From an uncultured Candidatus Saccharibacteria bacterium (GTDB lineage: Bacteria > Patescibacteriota > Doudnabacteria > UBA920), in contig CAZLNP010000003.1 in the NCBI GenBank assembly GCA_964561085.1, positions 7,351 through 71,350 of the forward strand: DNA of 64,000 nt, read 5' to 3'. Position numbers and translations under genes: made by a program. The notes under the pieces were generated by a model. The model was not told the origin of the DNA and did not search any database. It saw only the letters and a program-made list of their open reading frames with translations. The first letter of the stretch is position 1; each line of letters opens with the position of its first letter. Shown one piece after another: positions 9,976 to 19,964 of this stretch.

Positions 9976-11007
9976 CTACTTAATACTTTTTCCCACTAAC
10001 ACGGCTTGTTCAACTAAACGATTAGAATAACCAAACTCGTTATCGTACCAAGCTACTACTTTAATAAAATCTCCATCTATTACCTGAGTTAAAGAAAGAT
10101 CGATAATACAACTAGCCGGATTACCAACAATATCAGAAGAAACTAATGGTTCATTACTGACAACTAATTTACCCTTATATAAAGGGTGCTCGCTAGCATC
10201 GATGAAAGCTTGATTTACTTCTTCTTTAGTAGTCTTCTTTTTTAGAAGAACTGCGAAGTCAGAAAGACTGCCTACTGGTGTCGGAACTCGGAAAGCCACG
10301 CCATCGAACAAACCTTTCAACTCGGGAAAAACCTGCGTTGCAGAAACTGCTGCGCCGGTAGTGGTTGGAATAATATTAACAGCTGCTGCACGGGCACGAC
10401 GCATGTCTGTACTCTTTCCCCCAGGGGGAGGTCCATCTACTAGATTCTGCTCAGCAGTATAACTATGAATAGTGCTCATCATAATTTTTTGAATACCAAA
10501 TTTGGAAAGCAGTACAGCTGTGACAGGAGTAATACAGTTTGTGGTACAAGATGCATTGCTAATAACAGCTTGGTCTGTGTACTGATCTTCATTAGCGCCT
10601 AACACAATAGTAGGTGTAATGCCTTCATCTTTTGCAGGCGCAGAGATGATTACGCGCTTTGCTCCAGCCTCTAAATGAGCGCTCGCCTTTTCGCTATCTG
10701 TAAATCTGCCAGTACATTCCAAGACTACTTGTGCACCAAGTTTAGACCAAGGTAAAAGCTTTGGCTCTTTTTCAGCAGAAACTGGGTACTTCTTACCATC
10801 GACTATTACATTAGTTTCATCTGAAGTTATTTCATGATTAAACCGCCCGTAATTGCTATCGTACTTAAGAAGATGAGCTAAGACGTCTGGGCTAGTTAAA
10901 TCGTTAATCCCAACAATCTCAATTTCAGAGTTACTTAGAGCAATTTTAAATGCTTGACGACCGATGCGCCCGAAACCGTTTATTCCAACTTTGATTGTAT
11001 TTGCCAT
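9976..11007 (-). CDS. gap: Type I glyceraldehyde-3-phosphate dehydrogenase
   Basis: INGFGRIGR, SNASCTTNC and WYDNE motifs. Confidence 0.97.
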   Translation of the reverse strand: MANTIKVGINGFGRIGRQAFKIALSNSEIEIVGINDLTSPDVLAHLLKYDSNYGRFNHEITSDETNVIVDGKKYPVSAEKEPKLLPWSKLGAQVVLECTGRFTDSEKASAHLEAGAKRVIISAPAKDEGITPTIVLGANEDQYTDQAVISNASCTTNCITPVTAVLLSKFGIQKIMMSTIHSYTAEQNLVDGPPPGGKSTDMRRARAAAVNIIPTTTGAAVSATQVFPELKGLFDGVAFRVPTPVGSLSDFAVLLKKKTTKEEVNQAFIDASEHPLYKGKLVVSNEPLVSSDIVGNPASCIIDLSLTQVIDGDFIKVVAWYDNEFGYSNRLVEQAVLVGKSIK

Positions 11008-11027
11008 TTTTTGTTTTATTTAAATTA

Positions 11028-11258
11028 CTACTGAGCTGTCGGAGAAGAATCTTGAACTTCTAATTGATAGTTTTTAGAGCTGAGTTCGGCGTTTACTCTA
11101 TCATAATTATTTTCTGGGAATGCGATGTATTCTGACTGTCTAATTGTTTGTTGACGCCAATAGAACATCACACCGAAAGAAACGATTGTGATTAATACAA
11201 ATCCAAAAAAACGGAAGCGCGGATTTGAAGTGGTTAGATTTGTACCTTGTATGCCCAT
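11028..11258 (-). CDS. Small single-TM hypothetical protein
   Basis: One hydrophobic segment; fills the fba-gap gap; TATAAT upstream. Confidence 0.6.
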   Translation of the reverse strand: MGIQGTNLTTSNPRFRFFGFVLITIVSFGVMFYWRQQTIRQSEYIAFPENNYDRVNAELSSKNYQLEVQDSSPTAQ

Positions 11259-11289
11259 ATGTTTGTTATTACTATTATTATACTATACT

Positions 11290-12168
11290 TTAAAGAATGT
11301 TTTGCGTCTTAAACGCTTTTAATTTTTTCAGCGCCGCTTGCTTAACTCCCTCTATTGCAGGGTTCAAAAACTTTCGAGGATCAACTTCATCTGGATGCGA
11401 CGCTAAGAATACTCTTAACTCTTTTGTAAACGCCACTCTCAGTTCAGAATCTATATTGATGATAGCCACGCCGTTAGCAATGGCTTGGGCGATTACATCA
11501 TCTGGAACACCACTTGCTCCATGCAAAACTAGCGGCACATTTACTAAATTGTGCACCTGCCTGATCCTATCTACATCCACATGCGCTTTAACGCCACCTG
11601 TCAGCTTGATAATACCGTGGATTGTGCCGAAGCTAGCTGCGAGAGTATTCACTCCGGTAGCATCAAAAAACTTTTTGGCTTCTTCTGGTTCTGTAAGTAG
11701 AGCTTCGGACTCGGAAACAGAAACCCAGTCTTCTGAGCCGCGGATTTTGCCAATTTCTCCTTGGACCCAAGCACCTTCTGCTTTTGCAAACTCAACCATT
11801 TCTTTTGTATCACGCACGTTTTCGTCATAAGAAAGTCCTGAGTGGTCGATCATCACTGATGAATATCCTAATTCAATTCCCGCTTTCAGTTGATCCATAT
11901 CTTTTCCATGATCCATATGAAGTGCAACTGGAACTTTTGCTTTTACTGCGAGGCTAGCAATGATTTCGAAAAGAGTTTCAAGACCAGCGTACTTAATTGC
12001 ACCTTCACTTGTTTCCAAAATTACTGGTGTGTTCATTTCTTCAGCAGCAGCAATAATCCCTAATGTAGTTTCTAGGTTCATTGTATTAAAAGCCGGATAG
12101 GCAAATTTACCTACCACTGCGCTACCCGTCGGATCGTTCTTAAATAATTCTTTAATGTGTACTAGCAT
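11290..12168 (-). CDS. fba: Class II fructose-bisphosphate aldolase
   Basis: HMDHG, SSVMID, GTIHG, LVLHGASG and DPRKFL motifs. Confidence 0.92.
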   Translation of the reverse strand: MLVHIKELFKNDPTGSAVVGKFAYPAFNTMNLETTLGIIAAAEEMNTPVILETSEGAIKYAGLETLFEIIASLAVKAKVPVALHMDHGKDMDQLKAGIELGYSSVMIDHSGLSYDENVRDTKEMVEFAKAEGAWVQGEIGKIRGSEDWVSVSESEALLTEPEEAKKFFDATGVNTLAASFGTIHGIIKLTGGVKAHVDVDRIRQVHNLVNVPLVLHGASGVPDDVIAQAIANGVAIINIDSELRVAFTKELRVFLASHPDEVDPRKFLNPAIEGVKQAALKKLKAFKTQNIL

Positions 12169-12529
12169 TCGGTTTTTTAAGTAAATCTATAATGATGTGA
12201 AGTATAAATAAGCCTATGAGCAAAATTACCGCGTGCAAAAGATAAGCAAACAATATCTGAGACGTGCCACTAGGAAAAACTGAATTGAGATTATAATCTT
12301 GGATCAATTTAATTGTTGGGTTTGTCAGAATCAGAGGAGGTGTAGATGCTTCAGAACAAACAGCCAAATACATCATTCCAGGTTTCATCTCTTTTGGACC
12401 GCCACAATTAGTTAAAGACAACTTTGAGTATTCGTGTCCATACTCAATCACATTAACATAACCAATAGCGAGTAATAGATAAATTATAGGAATTATCCAC
12501 CACCAATGTTTTTTGAAAAATGCTTGCAT
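12152..12529 (-). CDS. Two-TM hypothetical membrane protein
   Basis: N- and C-terminal TM helices flanking a Cys-containing loop; abuts both neighbours. Confidence 0.6.
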   Translation of the reverse strand: MQAFFKKHWWWIIPIIYLLLAIGYVNVIEYGHEYSKLSLTNCGGPKEMKPGMMYLAVCSEASTPPLILTNPTIKLIQDYNLNSVFPSGTSQILFAYLLHAVILLIGLFILHIIIDLLKKPNASTH

Positions 12530-13582
12530 CTATTTCATCTTTCCCACTGTTGCGGCAACTTTAGACTTTGCTTTTTCATTATCTAAAACTACCGGTTTAT
12601 AGGATTTCATTTTTGAAAGCCTGGATTCCAACTGCGAACGAGTAAGCAATCCTTCTTGAGGCCCAACGTGCTGAACTACGCTACCAGCGTTAACTGGACC
12701 CCATCGCAAAGCGTCGTAATGAGTTTTCCCATAAGCTAGAGCAGCAACATACGCAGTTGTAAACGAATCTCCCGCTCCAGTTGCTTCTATACGAGGACCA
12801 GGGAACTGCGGGATATAATAATAACCTTCATCGCTGTGACTATATGCGCCTTTTGGACCATCTGTTAGCACAACTGCTTTAGGCCCAAGCTTGCGTAAAC
12901 GTTTGCATAGTTCTTCTGGGTCATCATAATCTCCTACCCAACTCTGCGCCTCTTCTTTGTTAAGAGACAACAAACCAGTGCGCTCTAATACTAACCTATT
13001 AGCTTTTACTCCAGCACGTAATTGAAAAGTACCAGGGTTAAATGCAAGTTGAGTACCAGTCTTGTCCAAATAAGCAGCTAAATCTTTATAAATCTTTTGA
13101 AAACCCTTTGGCATACTAGTAAGATATACCCATTTTGCTGGAGCTAGTTTTGGAAGTTTGTAGTCGCGATGTTCATGAAAAGCAAAAATAGTGCGCTCGC
13201 CTTCATAGCAAAGCACTGTATGATAGTTAGTACCATGCTTATCATCTATCTTTATGTACTCAGTGGATACTTTTTCTTTCTTCATCTTGTGAATAATTTC
13301 ACGTCCACCAACATCATGCGCAACTACACAAAAATATGCAGTCTTTAATCCAAGCCGACTCGAACCTGTTGCATTATTAGTAGCATTCCCAGCTACACTT
13401 TTATAAAACTTGTCTACCGGAAGCTTATCCCCCCAGTTAATTAACGCCTTCAAATTACCTTTTATACGCTTTACTTCAATATCATGGATAAACAAAAAAG
13501 AATCGATGACTGGATCACCAATAGAGATAATGTCGTACTTTGTTTTCAATTTCTTTATTGGTTTTGCTGGAATTGTTTTCAT
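12530..13582 (-). CDS. PfkB/ribokinase-family carbohydrate kinase
   Basis: AGNATN, NKEEA, TDGPKG and EATGAGDSF signatures. Confidence 0.9.
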   Translation of the reverse strand: MKTIPAKPIKKLKTKYDIISIGDPVIDSFLFIHDIEVKRIKGNLKALINWGDKLPVDKFYKSVAGNATNNATGSSRLGLKTAYFCVVAHDVGGREIIHKMKKEKVSTEYIKIDDKHGTNYHTVLCYEGERTIFAFHEHRDYKLPKLAPAKWVYLTSMPKGFQKIYKDLAAYLDKTGTQLAFNPGTFQLRAGVKANRLVLERTGLLSLNKEEAQSWVGDYDDPEELCKRLRKLGPKAVVLTDGPKGAYSHSDEGYYYIPQFPGPRIEATGAGDSFTTAYVAALAYGKTHYDALRWGPVNAGSVVQHVGPQEGLLTRSQLESRLSKMKSYKPVVLDNEKAKSKVAATVGKMK

Positions 13583-13586
13583 ATTT

Positions 13587-14576
13587 CTAGTTCGCTTTAC
13601 GGGTTAATACTTTTTTAATTGCTTCTTTAATGGCTTCTGTGTCCATGCCGAATTTCTTCAAAAGTTGAGCTGGTTCGCCACTTTCTCCAAAACTATCTTG
13701 CATTCCGATCATTTCAATTGGCACTGGGCAATGTTGAGCCAATACTTCTGCAATGGCACTACCCGCCCCGCCCATCACCTGATGCTCTTCTAGGGTTACA
13801 ACAGCACCAGTTAGTTTTGCAGCCCAGATAATTGTTTCGGAGTCTATAGGTTTAATAGTATGGTTGTTGATGACTAAGACGTTCATGCCCTGCTTTTCAA
13901 GTTCCAAAGCGGCTTGCAACGCAGAATACAAAATTGGACCGCTGCCAATAAGAGCGACGTCAGAGCCTTCTTTTAAGACGCTGGCTTTGCCTACTGCAAA
14001 TGGTGAATCTTCAGTTGTAATGACAGGAGTTTTTTCGCGACCTAAACGAATGTACGCAGGGCCCGCTGTACCGCCCAAAGCAATTGTAGCTTTGCGTGCT
14101 TCAATAGTGTCGCAAGGCACAACCACTGTCATATTTGGAATTGTACGAACTATTGCAATATCTTCTAAAGCTTGATGTGTGGCGCCATCTGGACCAACTG
14201 ACAGCCCAGTATGATGCCCAGCAACTTTTACGTTTGCATTTGAATACGCCACAGAAACACGAAGTTGATCCCAAGCTCGTCCGGGGCTAAAAGTTGCATA
14301 GCTAGCCACGAAAGGAGTTTTCCCTGCAAGCGCGAGACCTGCCGCAACTCCCATCATGTTTTGTTCTGCAACACCACACTCAATGAACCTTTCTGGATAT
14401 TTTTTTGCAAACTCTAAGATGCGTGTGCTTTCTGCCAAATCTCCTGTTAACGCTACCACATCTTTATTATGTTCACCCAAATGCAAAAGACCTTCACCAA
14501 AACCATTACGGCTTGGAACTTGTTCGATGTCTTCAGCACCAATTTTAGGATTAAGTTTTTGTGTTGGGTTTAACAT
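13587..14576 (-). CDS. Transketolase, C-terminal subunit
   Basis: GVAEQNMM, DGATHQALED, YIRLGR and EEH motifs; likely start ATG 14576. Confidence 0.92.
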   Translation of the reverse strand: MLNPTQKLNPKIGAEDIEQVPSRNGFGEGLLHLGEHNKDVVALTGDLAESTRILEFAKKYPERFIECGVAEQNMMGVAAGLALAGKTPFVASYATFSPGRAWDQLRVSVAYSNANVKVAGHHTGLSVGPDGATHQALEDIAIVRTIPNMTVVVPCDTIEARKATIALGGTAGPAYIRLGREKTPVITTEDSPFAVGKASVLKEGSDVALIGSGPILYSALQAALELEKQGMNVLVINNHTIKPIDSETIIWAAKLTGAVVTLEEHQVMGGAGSAIAEVLAQHCPVPIEMIGMQDSFGESGEPAQLLKKFGMDTEAIKEAIKKVLTRKAN

Positions 14577-14581
14577 CTGAG

Positions 14582-14923
14582 TTATGTTAGCAAGATGTAT
14601 GTCAAGAATAATGCTGGAGAGGTTACAAACCAAACAGCAAGCAGTATAACTACTAAAATTAGAGTTCTAGCGACAACAGCCTTTTTAGTAACGCCGTTTT
14701 TCTTTACTTCCTTAAGTATAAACCATCCCCATAAAACTAATATCAGAAGTAATAAAACAAGGCTAATCTTTGTAAGAAAGAGGTTGCTAGCGATTTCAGA
14801 GCGACATTTTGCACCAACTACAGAAGCACATATCTTAGTATTGAGGAGCAGGAAAACTTTATAACGGAATATTGCTAATCCTAAAATGAGAATCGTTAGA
14901 AAATAGTGAAACTTTTTATTCAT
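14582..14923 (-). CDS. Three-TM hypothetical membrane protein
   Basis: Three hydrophobic segments; ATG 14923 overlaps the end of the upstream gene. Confidence 0.6.
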   Translation of the reverse strand: MNKKFHYFLTILILGLAIFRYKVFLLLNTKICASVVGAKCRSEIASNLFLTKISLVLLLLILVLWGWFILKEVKKNGVTKKAVVARTLILVVILLAVWFVTSPALFLTYILLT

Positions 14924-15824
14924 GCTCACTCCTAATCTGTCCACGCAAAGTGCGCAGTTCTTTTAAAGCTTCAGCAGCTTGCTCTTTTTTAGGCGGTGCA
15001 CCTGCTACATCGGCCCCACCTGGAGGCGCTCCATGCCACTCAAACTTACCTTCCATGTAGTCCACGCCTTTTCCTGGAATAGTATGCGCAATAATTACAG
15101 TTGGTTTTTCGTAAATCGCTTCGGCTTCTTTGTAAGCATTGATAATTGCATCAATGTTATGCCCATCAATTTCTAAAACGTGCCAGTTAAATGCTTCGTA
15201 CTTTGCACGCAACCCTTCAAGAGGCATGACATCTTCTGTATAGCCATCAATTTGAATGTTATTACGGTCAATTATTGCAGTTAAGTTATGCAACTTTTCT
15301 TTTCCAGCAAGCATAACTGCTTCCCAAATTTGCCCTTCTTGCTGTTCGCCATCAGACATTACAAGATACACACGGGATTTTAAATTATCCATCCGAAAAG
15401 CCAAAGCCATTCCCACAGCCTGAGATGCACCCTGCGCCAAAGGACCAGAAGAATTTTCAATTCCCGGCAAAGCTAAATTATGTGGATGTCCATGTAAGCG
15501 ACCGCCAAACTTACGCAAAGTCTTTAATTCATCTACTGGAAAATATCCGGATTCAGCGAGTGTAGCATAAAGTACTGGCGCATTATGTCCACACGAGAGC
15601 ACGAGCCTATCGCGACCAGTCCAATCAGGAATTTGAGGATCATGGCGCATCACTTTAAAGTAAAGTGCAGTGAAAATATCTGCTAAACCTAAAGGACCGG
15701 CACTGTGACCAGAGCCGGCTTCGACTAACATTTTAATAATATCCTGACGGATATCATTCGCTTTATATTTCAGTTCCTGCGGTGACAATGTTTTGGTAGT
15801 TTTGTTTGATGTTTTCTGTTTCAA
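14916..15824 (-). CDS. Transketolase, N-terminal (TPP-binding) subunit
   Basis: GSGH, RDRLVLSCGH, SDGEQQEGQIWEA, DGHN and WHG motifs. Confidence 0.92.
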   Translation of the reverse strand: MKQKTSNKTTKTLSPQELKYKANDIRQDIIKMLVEAGSGHSAGPLGLADIFTALYFKVMRHDPQIPDWTGRDRLVLSCGHNAPVLYATLAESGYFPVDELKTLRKFGGRLHGHPHNLALPGIENSSGPLAQGASQAVGMALAFRMDNLKSRVYLVMSDGEQQEGQIWEAVMLAGKEKLHNLTAIIDRNNIQIDGYTEDVMPLEGLRAKYEAFNWHVLEIDGHNIDAIINAYKEAEAIYEKPTVIIAHTIPGKGVDYMEGKFEWHGAPPGGADVAGAPPKKEQAAEALKELRTLRGQIRSEHE

Positions 15825-16413
15825 AAAGTGCGGAACCGACTACAAGATAGTCTGCGCCACTGTGGATTAGCGTTCCTGCGTTTTCCGCATTCACACCACC
15901 ATCTACCTCAATTGTAGCATTTTCAGCCATTTCCCTCAATGCTTTTACTTTTTCGTACGTAGTTGGGATAAAAGGATTTCCCTGTTTACCAGGCTCAACC
16001 GAAAGAATTGTAAAGTGTTCAATGTTATCTGTAAAATATCGCAGAGTTGAAACGTTTGTTTCTGGATTAATCGCAATCCCTGGCTTCATTCCAAGTTTGA
16101 TAATTTTATCTAAAGCCTCTTCTAGTAAAGTTTCGCTAAGAAAGCTTTCGTAGTGGACTATTACTGTAGAAAAACCTGCTTCTTTGTATGCGCCAAAGTT
16201 AGTTGGATGATCGGCCATAATATGCGCTTCCCACTCGAGTTTGTCTAGTTTTGGGACATGGCCCAGATCTTCCACCAGCATGGATTCAGATTCAACGAAA
16301 ACACCATCAGTGAAATCTACCTGAATACGCTGAAGTTTAGGTATGGTCTTGATTTTAGTCAATTTATGGGCGAAATCAAGCGGGTTTTTCTCTAGAATGG
16401 CTGGGATTATCAT
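15763..16413 (-). CDS. rpe: Ribulose-phosphate 3-epimerase
   Basis: DGVFV, EAHIM, SVEPGKQG, VDGGVN and VVGSALF motifs. Confidence 0.9.
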   Translation of the reverse strand: MIIPAILEKNPLDFAHKLTKIKTIPKLQRIQVDFTDGVFVESESMLVEDLGHVPKLDKLEWEAHIMADHPTNFGAYKEAGFSTVIVHYESFLSETLLEEALDKIIKLGMKPGIAINPETNVSTLRYFTDNIEHFTILSVEPGKQGNPFIPTTYEKVKALREMAENATIEVDGGVNAENAGTLIHSGADYLVVGSALFETENIKQNYQNIVTAGTEI

Positions 16414-16446
16414 TTTATAGGTTTTATTGTGGTTTTTAAGCTATAA

Positions 16447-16475
16447 TTGACAAAAGAGGAGCTTTATGCTATAAT
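16447..16475 (+). promoter_or_regulatory. Sigma70-type promoter of orphan gene
   Basis: TTGACA-17nt-TATAAT perfect consensus with extended -10 TG. Confidence 0.8.
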
Positions 16476-16526
16476 ATTAGAGTTACTAAAGTTAGTTTGA
16501 CACTTCAATTTCCTGGAGGAAAATTT

Positions 16527-16724
16527 ATGTACTTCATCTTTTTGTTTATTGTTGTCGCGGTTGGATATTTCTTGCTGGATTTCTTGATGAATTTTCTGGG
16601 AATTAAATCTACAGTAGGTTATTTCATCGGCGGCATAATTCTATTTTGGCTAGCTTACCCGATAGTGGTTATGTTGATCGAGGAATTACCAGAAAAAGAG
16701 CAAGAGAGTCTAAAGAAGAAATGA
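16527..16724 (+). CDS. Small two-TM hypothetical membrane protein
   Basis: GGAGG SD before ATG 16527; two TM segments; hairpin+T terminator ~16754-16790. Confidence 0.7.
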   Translation: MYFIFLFIVVAVGYFLLDFLMNFLGIKSTVGYFIGGIILFWLAYPIVVMLIEELPEKEQESLKKK

Positions 16725-16792
16725 TCTCAATTGAGAATTCACTCTCGAACTAAGGAGCCTGTCTACTAACACTGGACGGGCTTTTATTTTTA

Positions 16793-17236
16793 TCATTTTT
16801 CCAGTGCACTTATCTTCTTTATCCTTCTCACATGCCTTGCCTCAGTTGAATAAGGTGTGTTTAACCACACATCCATAATTTTTTCAGCATCCTTTTGGGA
16901 AATATAATCTGAAGGTAAACATAAAACATTAGCCATATCATCCTTACGGGACATTTCTGCTTCTTTTACATTCCAAACCAAAGAGGCACGAACATGCTCA
17001 AACTTATTTGCAACAATGCAGACACCCTGACCACTGCGGCAAATTAAAATGCCGACGTTGCGCATTGGGTTTTGTGATACCTTTTTGGCTACCTGTTTTG
17101 CGTAGTCAGGATAATCATCCCCTGCCTTCAAAGTTTTTGCACCAAGATCACTAAACTCTAGTTTCTGCTTTATCAAAAATTTCTTCAATTGGTTCTTTAA
17201 TTTGTAGCCGCCGTGGTCAGCGCCGATGTATATCAT
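16793..17236 (-). CDS. rpiB: Ribose-5-phosphate isomerase B
   Basis: GADHGG, DYPD, ICRSGQG, ANK and RHVRR motifs. Confidence 0.93.
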   Translation of the reverse strand: MIYIGADHGGYKLKNQLKKFLIKQKLEFSDLGAKTLKAGDDYPDYAKQVAKKVSQNPMRNVGILICRSGQGVCIVANKFEHVRASLVWNVKEAEMSRKDDMANVLCLPSDYISQKDAEKIMDVWLNTPYSTEARHVRRIKKISALEK

Positions 17237-17248
17237 ATGTGTTCGGAA

Positions 17249-17935
17249 TTATAATTCTATGATTTTATTAAAATCATCTGGTAAAAGACTAGCTCCACCT
17301 ATTAGCAGGCCAGAAATATGTGGCTCGCTCAAAAATTGAACTGCATTAGTGCTATTTACACTGCCACCATAGAGGATCTTAGGTACGCCATGTTTTGTGT
17401 TTATGTACAATGCAATTTGTTCAGCGTGATCAGCAGTCGCAGCTTTTCCACTGCCGATTGCCCAAACTGGCTCGTAAGCTACCACAACTTTCTTCGGGTC
17501 CACATCTTCTAAATCTTGCTCTAGCTGTGCACCAAGCACTTCCATAACTTCTAAGGCGTCTTCCTGAACAGTTGTGCCGTATCCCACACAAAGGATTGGC
17601 GTAATTTTATACTCAATTAAAGCTTTAATTTTAGCATTGATGAGCGCGTCATCTTCACCAAGAGTGCGGCGTTCGCTATGCCCGATAATACAATATTTCA
17701 CGCCCATGCTTTGCAGTTGAGCAGGTGAAACTTCACCTGTGTATGCGCCTTTAATATGTGGCGAGCAATCTTGCGCACCAACGTGAGGATATTCAATAGA
17801 CTCCAAAAAAGGTAGCGGCGGGCAAATTACCACATCATTCGTTGTGCTAATTTCAATTCGAGACGCCAAAGCCACTGCTTCCCCCACAGTCATTGGGTTC
17901 AATTTCCAGTTTCCTACAATTAGTTTTCTAGCCAT
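17249..17935 (-). CDS. tpiA: Triosephosphate isomerase
   Basis: GNWK, GHSERR, AYEPVWAIG, YGGSV and GGASL motifs. Confidence 0.95.
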   Translation of the reverse strand: MARKLIVGNWKLNPMTVGEAVALASRIEISTTNDVVICPPLPFLESIEYPHVGAQDCSPHIKGAYTGEVSPAQLQSMGVKYCIIGHSERRTLGEDDALINAKIKALIEYKITPILCVGYGTTVQEDALEVMEVLGAQLEQDLEDVDPKKVVVAYEPVWAIGSGKAATADHAEQIALYINTKHGVPKILYGGSVNSTNAVQFLSEPHISGLLIGGASLLPDDFNKIIEL

Positions 17936-18518
17936 TTTTTTCTAACTTAGTAATTTTTAAACGATAGACTTGTTGATTTTGGCCTTGAATCATTCGTTTT
18001 TCTAAAGGTTCAAACTCAAACTTTGCGTCATCTATATGACTGTGAACAATTTCTTCAAACACCTCATCATTATACATGGCTTCTGTAATTGGATATATGC
18101 GAACTTCTCCGTTTGGTTTAACCGTTCGCAACATTTCCGAAAACATCGCTCTGTATTCTGATTCAACTCTGGGTAAATACCCTGGTACGCTGGCATGGGC
18201 TAGCTCTATATCGAAAGAGTCATCGGCAAAAGGAAGTTCTTGAGCGAGCCCTGATGTATGCACAGCACCTTCTGGCTTAGTATAGTCTCGATAATCAATT
18301 CCCGGATTTACAGTAAAAAATTCTGCCCCGGTAGCTTTAGCAGCAACAGCTACATCGCCTTGTGGCATTCCTCCAATACCCAGAACTTTCTTCCCTTCAA
18401 GCTCAGATAAATCAATTCCTAAATCACGGAGGTAGGATTCTGGCCTTACGTTAGAATCAATTGCTTCAACAGCATCCATCCGGCTGCCTTCAAATTGTCC
18501 CCGTTCCATATAATTCAT
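17928..18518 (-). CDS. Class I SAM-dependent methyltransferase-like protein
   Basis: KKVLGIGG, LPFADDSFD and EMLRTVKPNG motifs. Confidence 0.75.
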   Translation of the reverse strand: MNYMERGQFEGSRMDAVEAIDSNVRPESYLRDLGIDLSELEGKKVLGIGGMPQGDVAVAAKATGAEFFTVNPGIDYRDYTKPEGAVHTSGLAQELPFADDSFDIELAHASVPGYLPRVESEYRAMFSEMLRTVKPNGEVRIYPITEAMYNDEVFEEIVHSHIDDAKFEFEPLEKRMIQGQNQQVYRLKITKLEKNG

Positions 18519-19523
18519 TTAAATATCTCCCTTTAAAAACTTTGCAGTTTCTTCCGGTGGCATAGGGTTAACCGGTATACCAGTAGCATACTCGAAACCA
18601 GCCCAAATTGTTAGTCTAGGGAAAATTGTTAGATGCCAATGATAGCTCGCCTCTTCATGAAGCGTATGACGGTCACGCTTCACTGGCATGGTGTGGATAT
18701 AAAAATTCAAAGGTGGATCTGAAAGTTTTGTATATAGCGCTCCCAAAACGCGCTTTAGCACATGAGACAAATGCTCTATCTCTTTCTCAGAGATATCTTC
18801 GTAACGTGCGCCATGACGTTTGGGCATAATCCAAGTTTCGAACGGACTGCGAGAAGCATAAGCTGAGATTACTACGAAGTGATCATCTTCATAGATTAAG
18901 CGATCTTTTTGTTTAATCTCCTCTTTCATGATGTCACAGTAAATACAGGTACCATGATCTCGATGATAATGGTAAGCTCCAGACATTTCAGAGTGAATAT
19001 GCGGGGGCACCATAGGCGTGGTAATTATCTGATAGTGCGGATGCACCAAGCTAGCACCAGAATCACGACCGTGATTATGAAAAACTTGCACGTAGGCATT
19101 TTTCTCATCCTTAGAAAGAGTAAGGATGCGATCTTTAAAATTAGTTAAAGTTAAACCAATTAGCTGTGCGGATTGCATCGCTACTGGTTCGTTGTGCTTA
19201 CGAGTAATTATCACTTCATGATCTCCATAACCAGATCTTGAGAAGTAAAAATCTCGTTCCGAGGTAACAGCCCCTAAGTCTACTGCACGATACTTATTTG
19301 GAATGACTCGCAATTCCCAATCTTTATTATTGGGAATACGGCAAACATCATCACATAAATCTGGGTTTTTATCTTCATTTCCTGGGCAGAATACACAAGT
19401 CTCATCAATTTCAGGTAAACCGGCCATAACGCTATATGTACGAAAATCCTCCGGACGCTTAGCGCGGCCCGGAGCAATTAACACCCACTGCTTTGTAATT
19501 GGATTTTGCCTAAATTGTGACAT
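18519..19523 (-). CDS. galT: Galactose-1-phosphate uridylyltransferase (GalT/HIT family)
   Basis: RAKRP, CVFCPGNE, GASLVHPHYQ and AGFE motifs. Confidence 0.88.
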   Translation of the reverse strand: MSQFRQNPITKQWVLIAPGRAKRPEDFRTYSVMAGLPEIDETCVFCPGNEDKNPDLCDDVCRIPNNKDWELRVIPNKYRAVDLGAVTSERDFYFSRSGYGDHEVIITRKHNEPVAMQSAQLIGLTLTNFKDRILTLSKDEKNAYVQVFHNHGRDSGASLVHPHYQIITTPMVPPHIHSEMSGAYHYHRDHGTCIYCDIMKEEIKQKDRLIYEDDHFVVISAYASRSPFETWIMPKRHGARYEDISEKEIEHLSHVLKRVLGALYTKLSDPPLNFYIHTMPVKRDRHTLHEEASYHWHLTIFPRLTIWAGFEYATGIPVNPMPPEETAKFLKGDI

Positions 19524-19559
19524 GTGATTGTGATATTTATTTCTTTTGCTATTTCTTCT

Positions 19560-19940
19560 CTACTTCTTCGCTCGGTCTAAATAATTCTGCAAGATAATCT
19601 GCGCTGCGAGACTGTCTACATCCTTTTTGCGACCCATGCTCTCGGCCATCACACTGGAGAGTCTTTCATCCATGAACTCTAAAGGAATTTCAGGGAAACG
19701 CGTTTGCAGCTCATCCGAGAATTTCTGGGCAGCTTCGGTGGAATGAGTGGCCTCACCAGACATGTTCAATGGCAAGCCAATTACGATCCGAGAAATTGAT
19801 TCACTTTCAATAAGGTCCTTAATTCCCCACCAAAATTCTTTGGGGCTGAGGATATTCAATTCGCGAGCTAAAGTTTGAGTTTCATCTGAAATGGCCAAAC
19901 CAACGCGCTTAGTGCCATAATCAATTCCGAGAATCTTCAT
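19560..19940 (-). CDS. ruvX: YqgF/RuvX-family nuclease
   Basis: GIDYGTKRVGLAISD, GLP, DERLSS and DSLAAQIILQ motifs. Confidence 0.93.
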   Translation of the reverse strand: MKILGIDYGTKRVGLAISDETQTLARELNILSPKEFWWGIKDLIESESISRIVIGLPLNMSGEATHSTEAAQKFSDELQTRFPEIPLEFMDERLSSVMAESMGRKKDVDSLAAQIILQNYLDRAKK

Positions 19941-19964
19941 TAAATTTCAATCTAAATTAATTTA

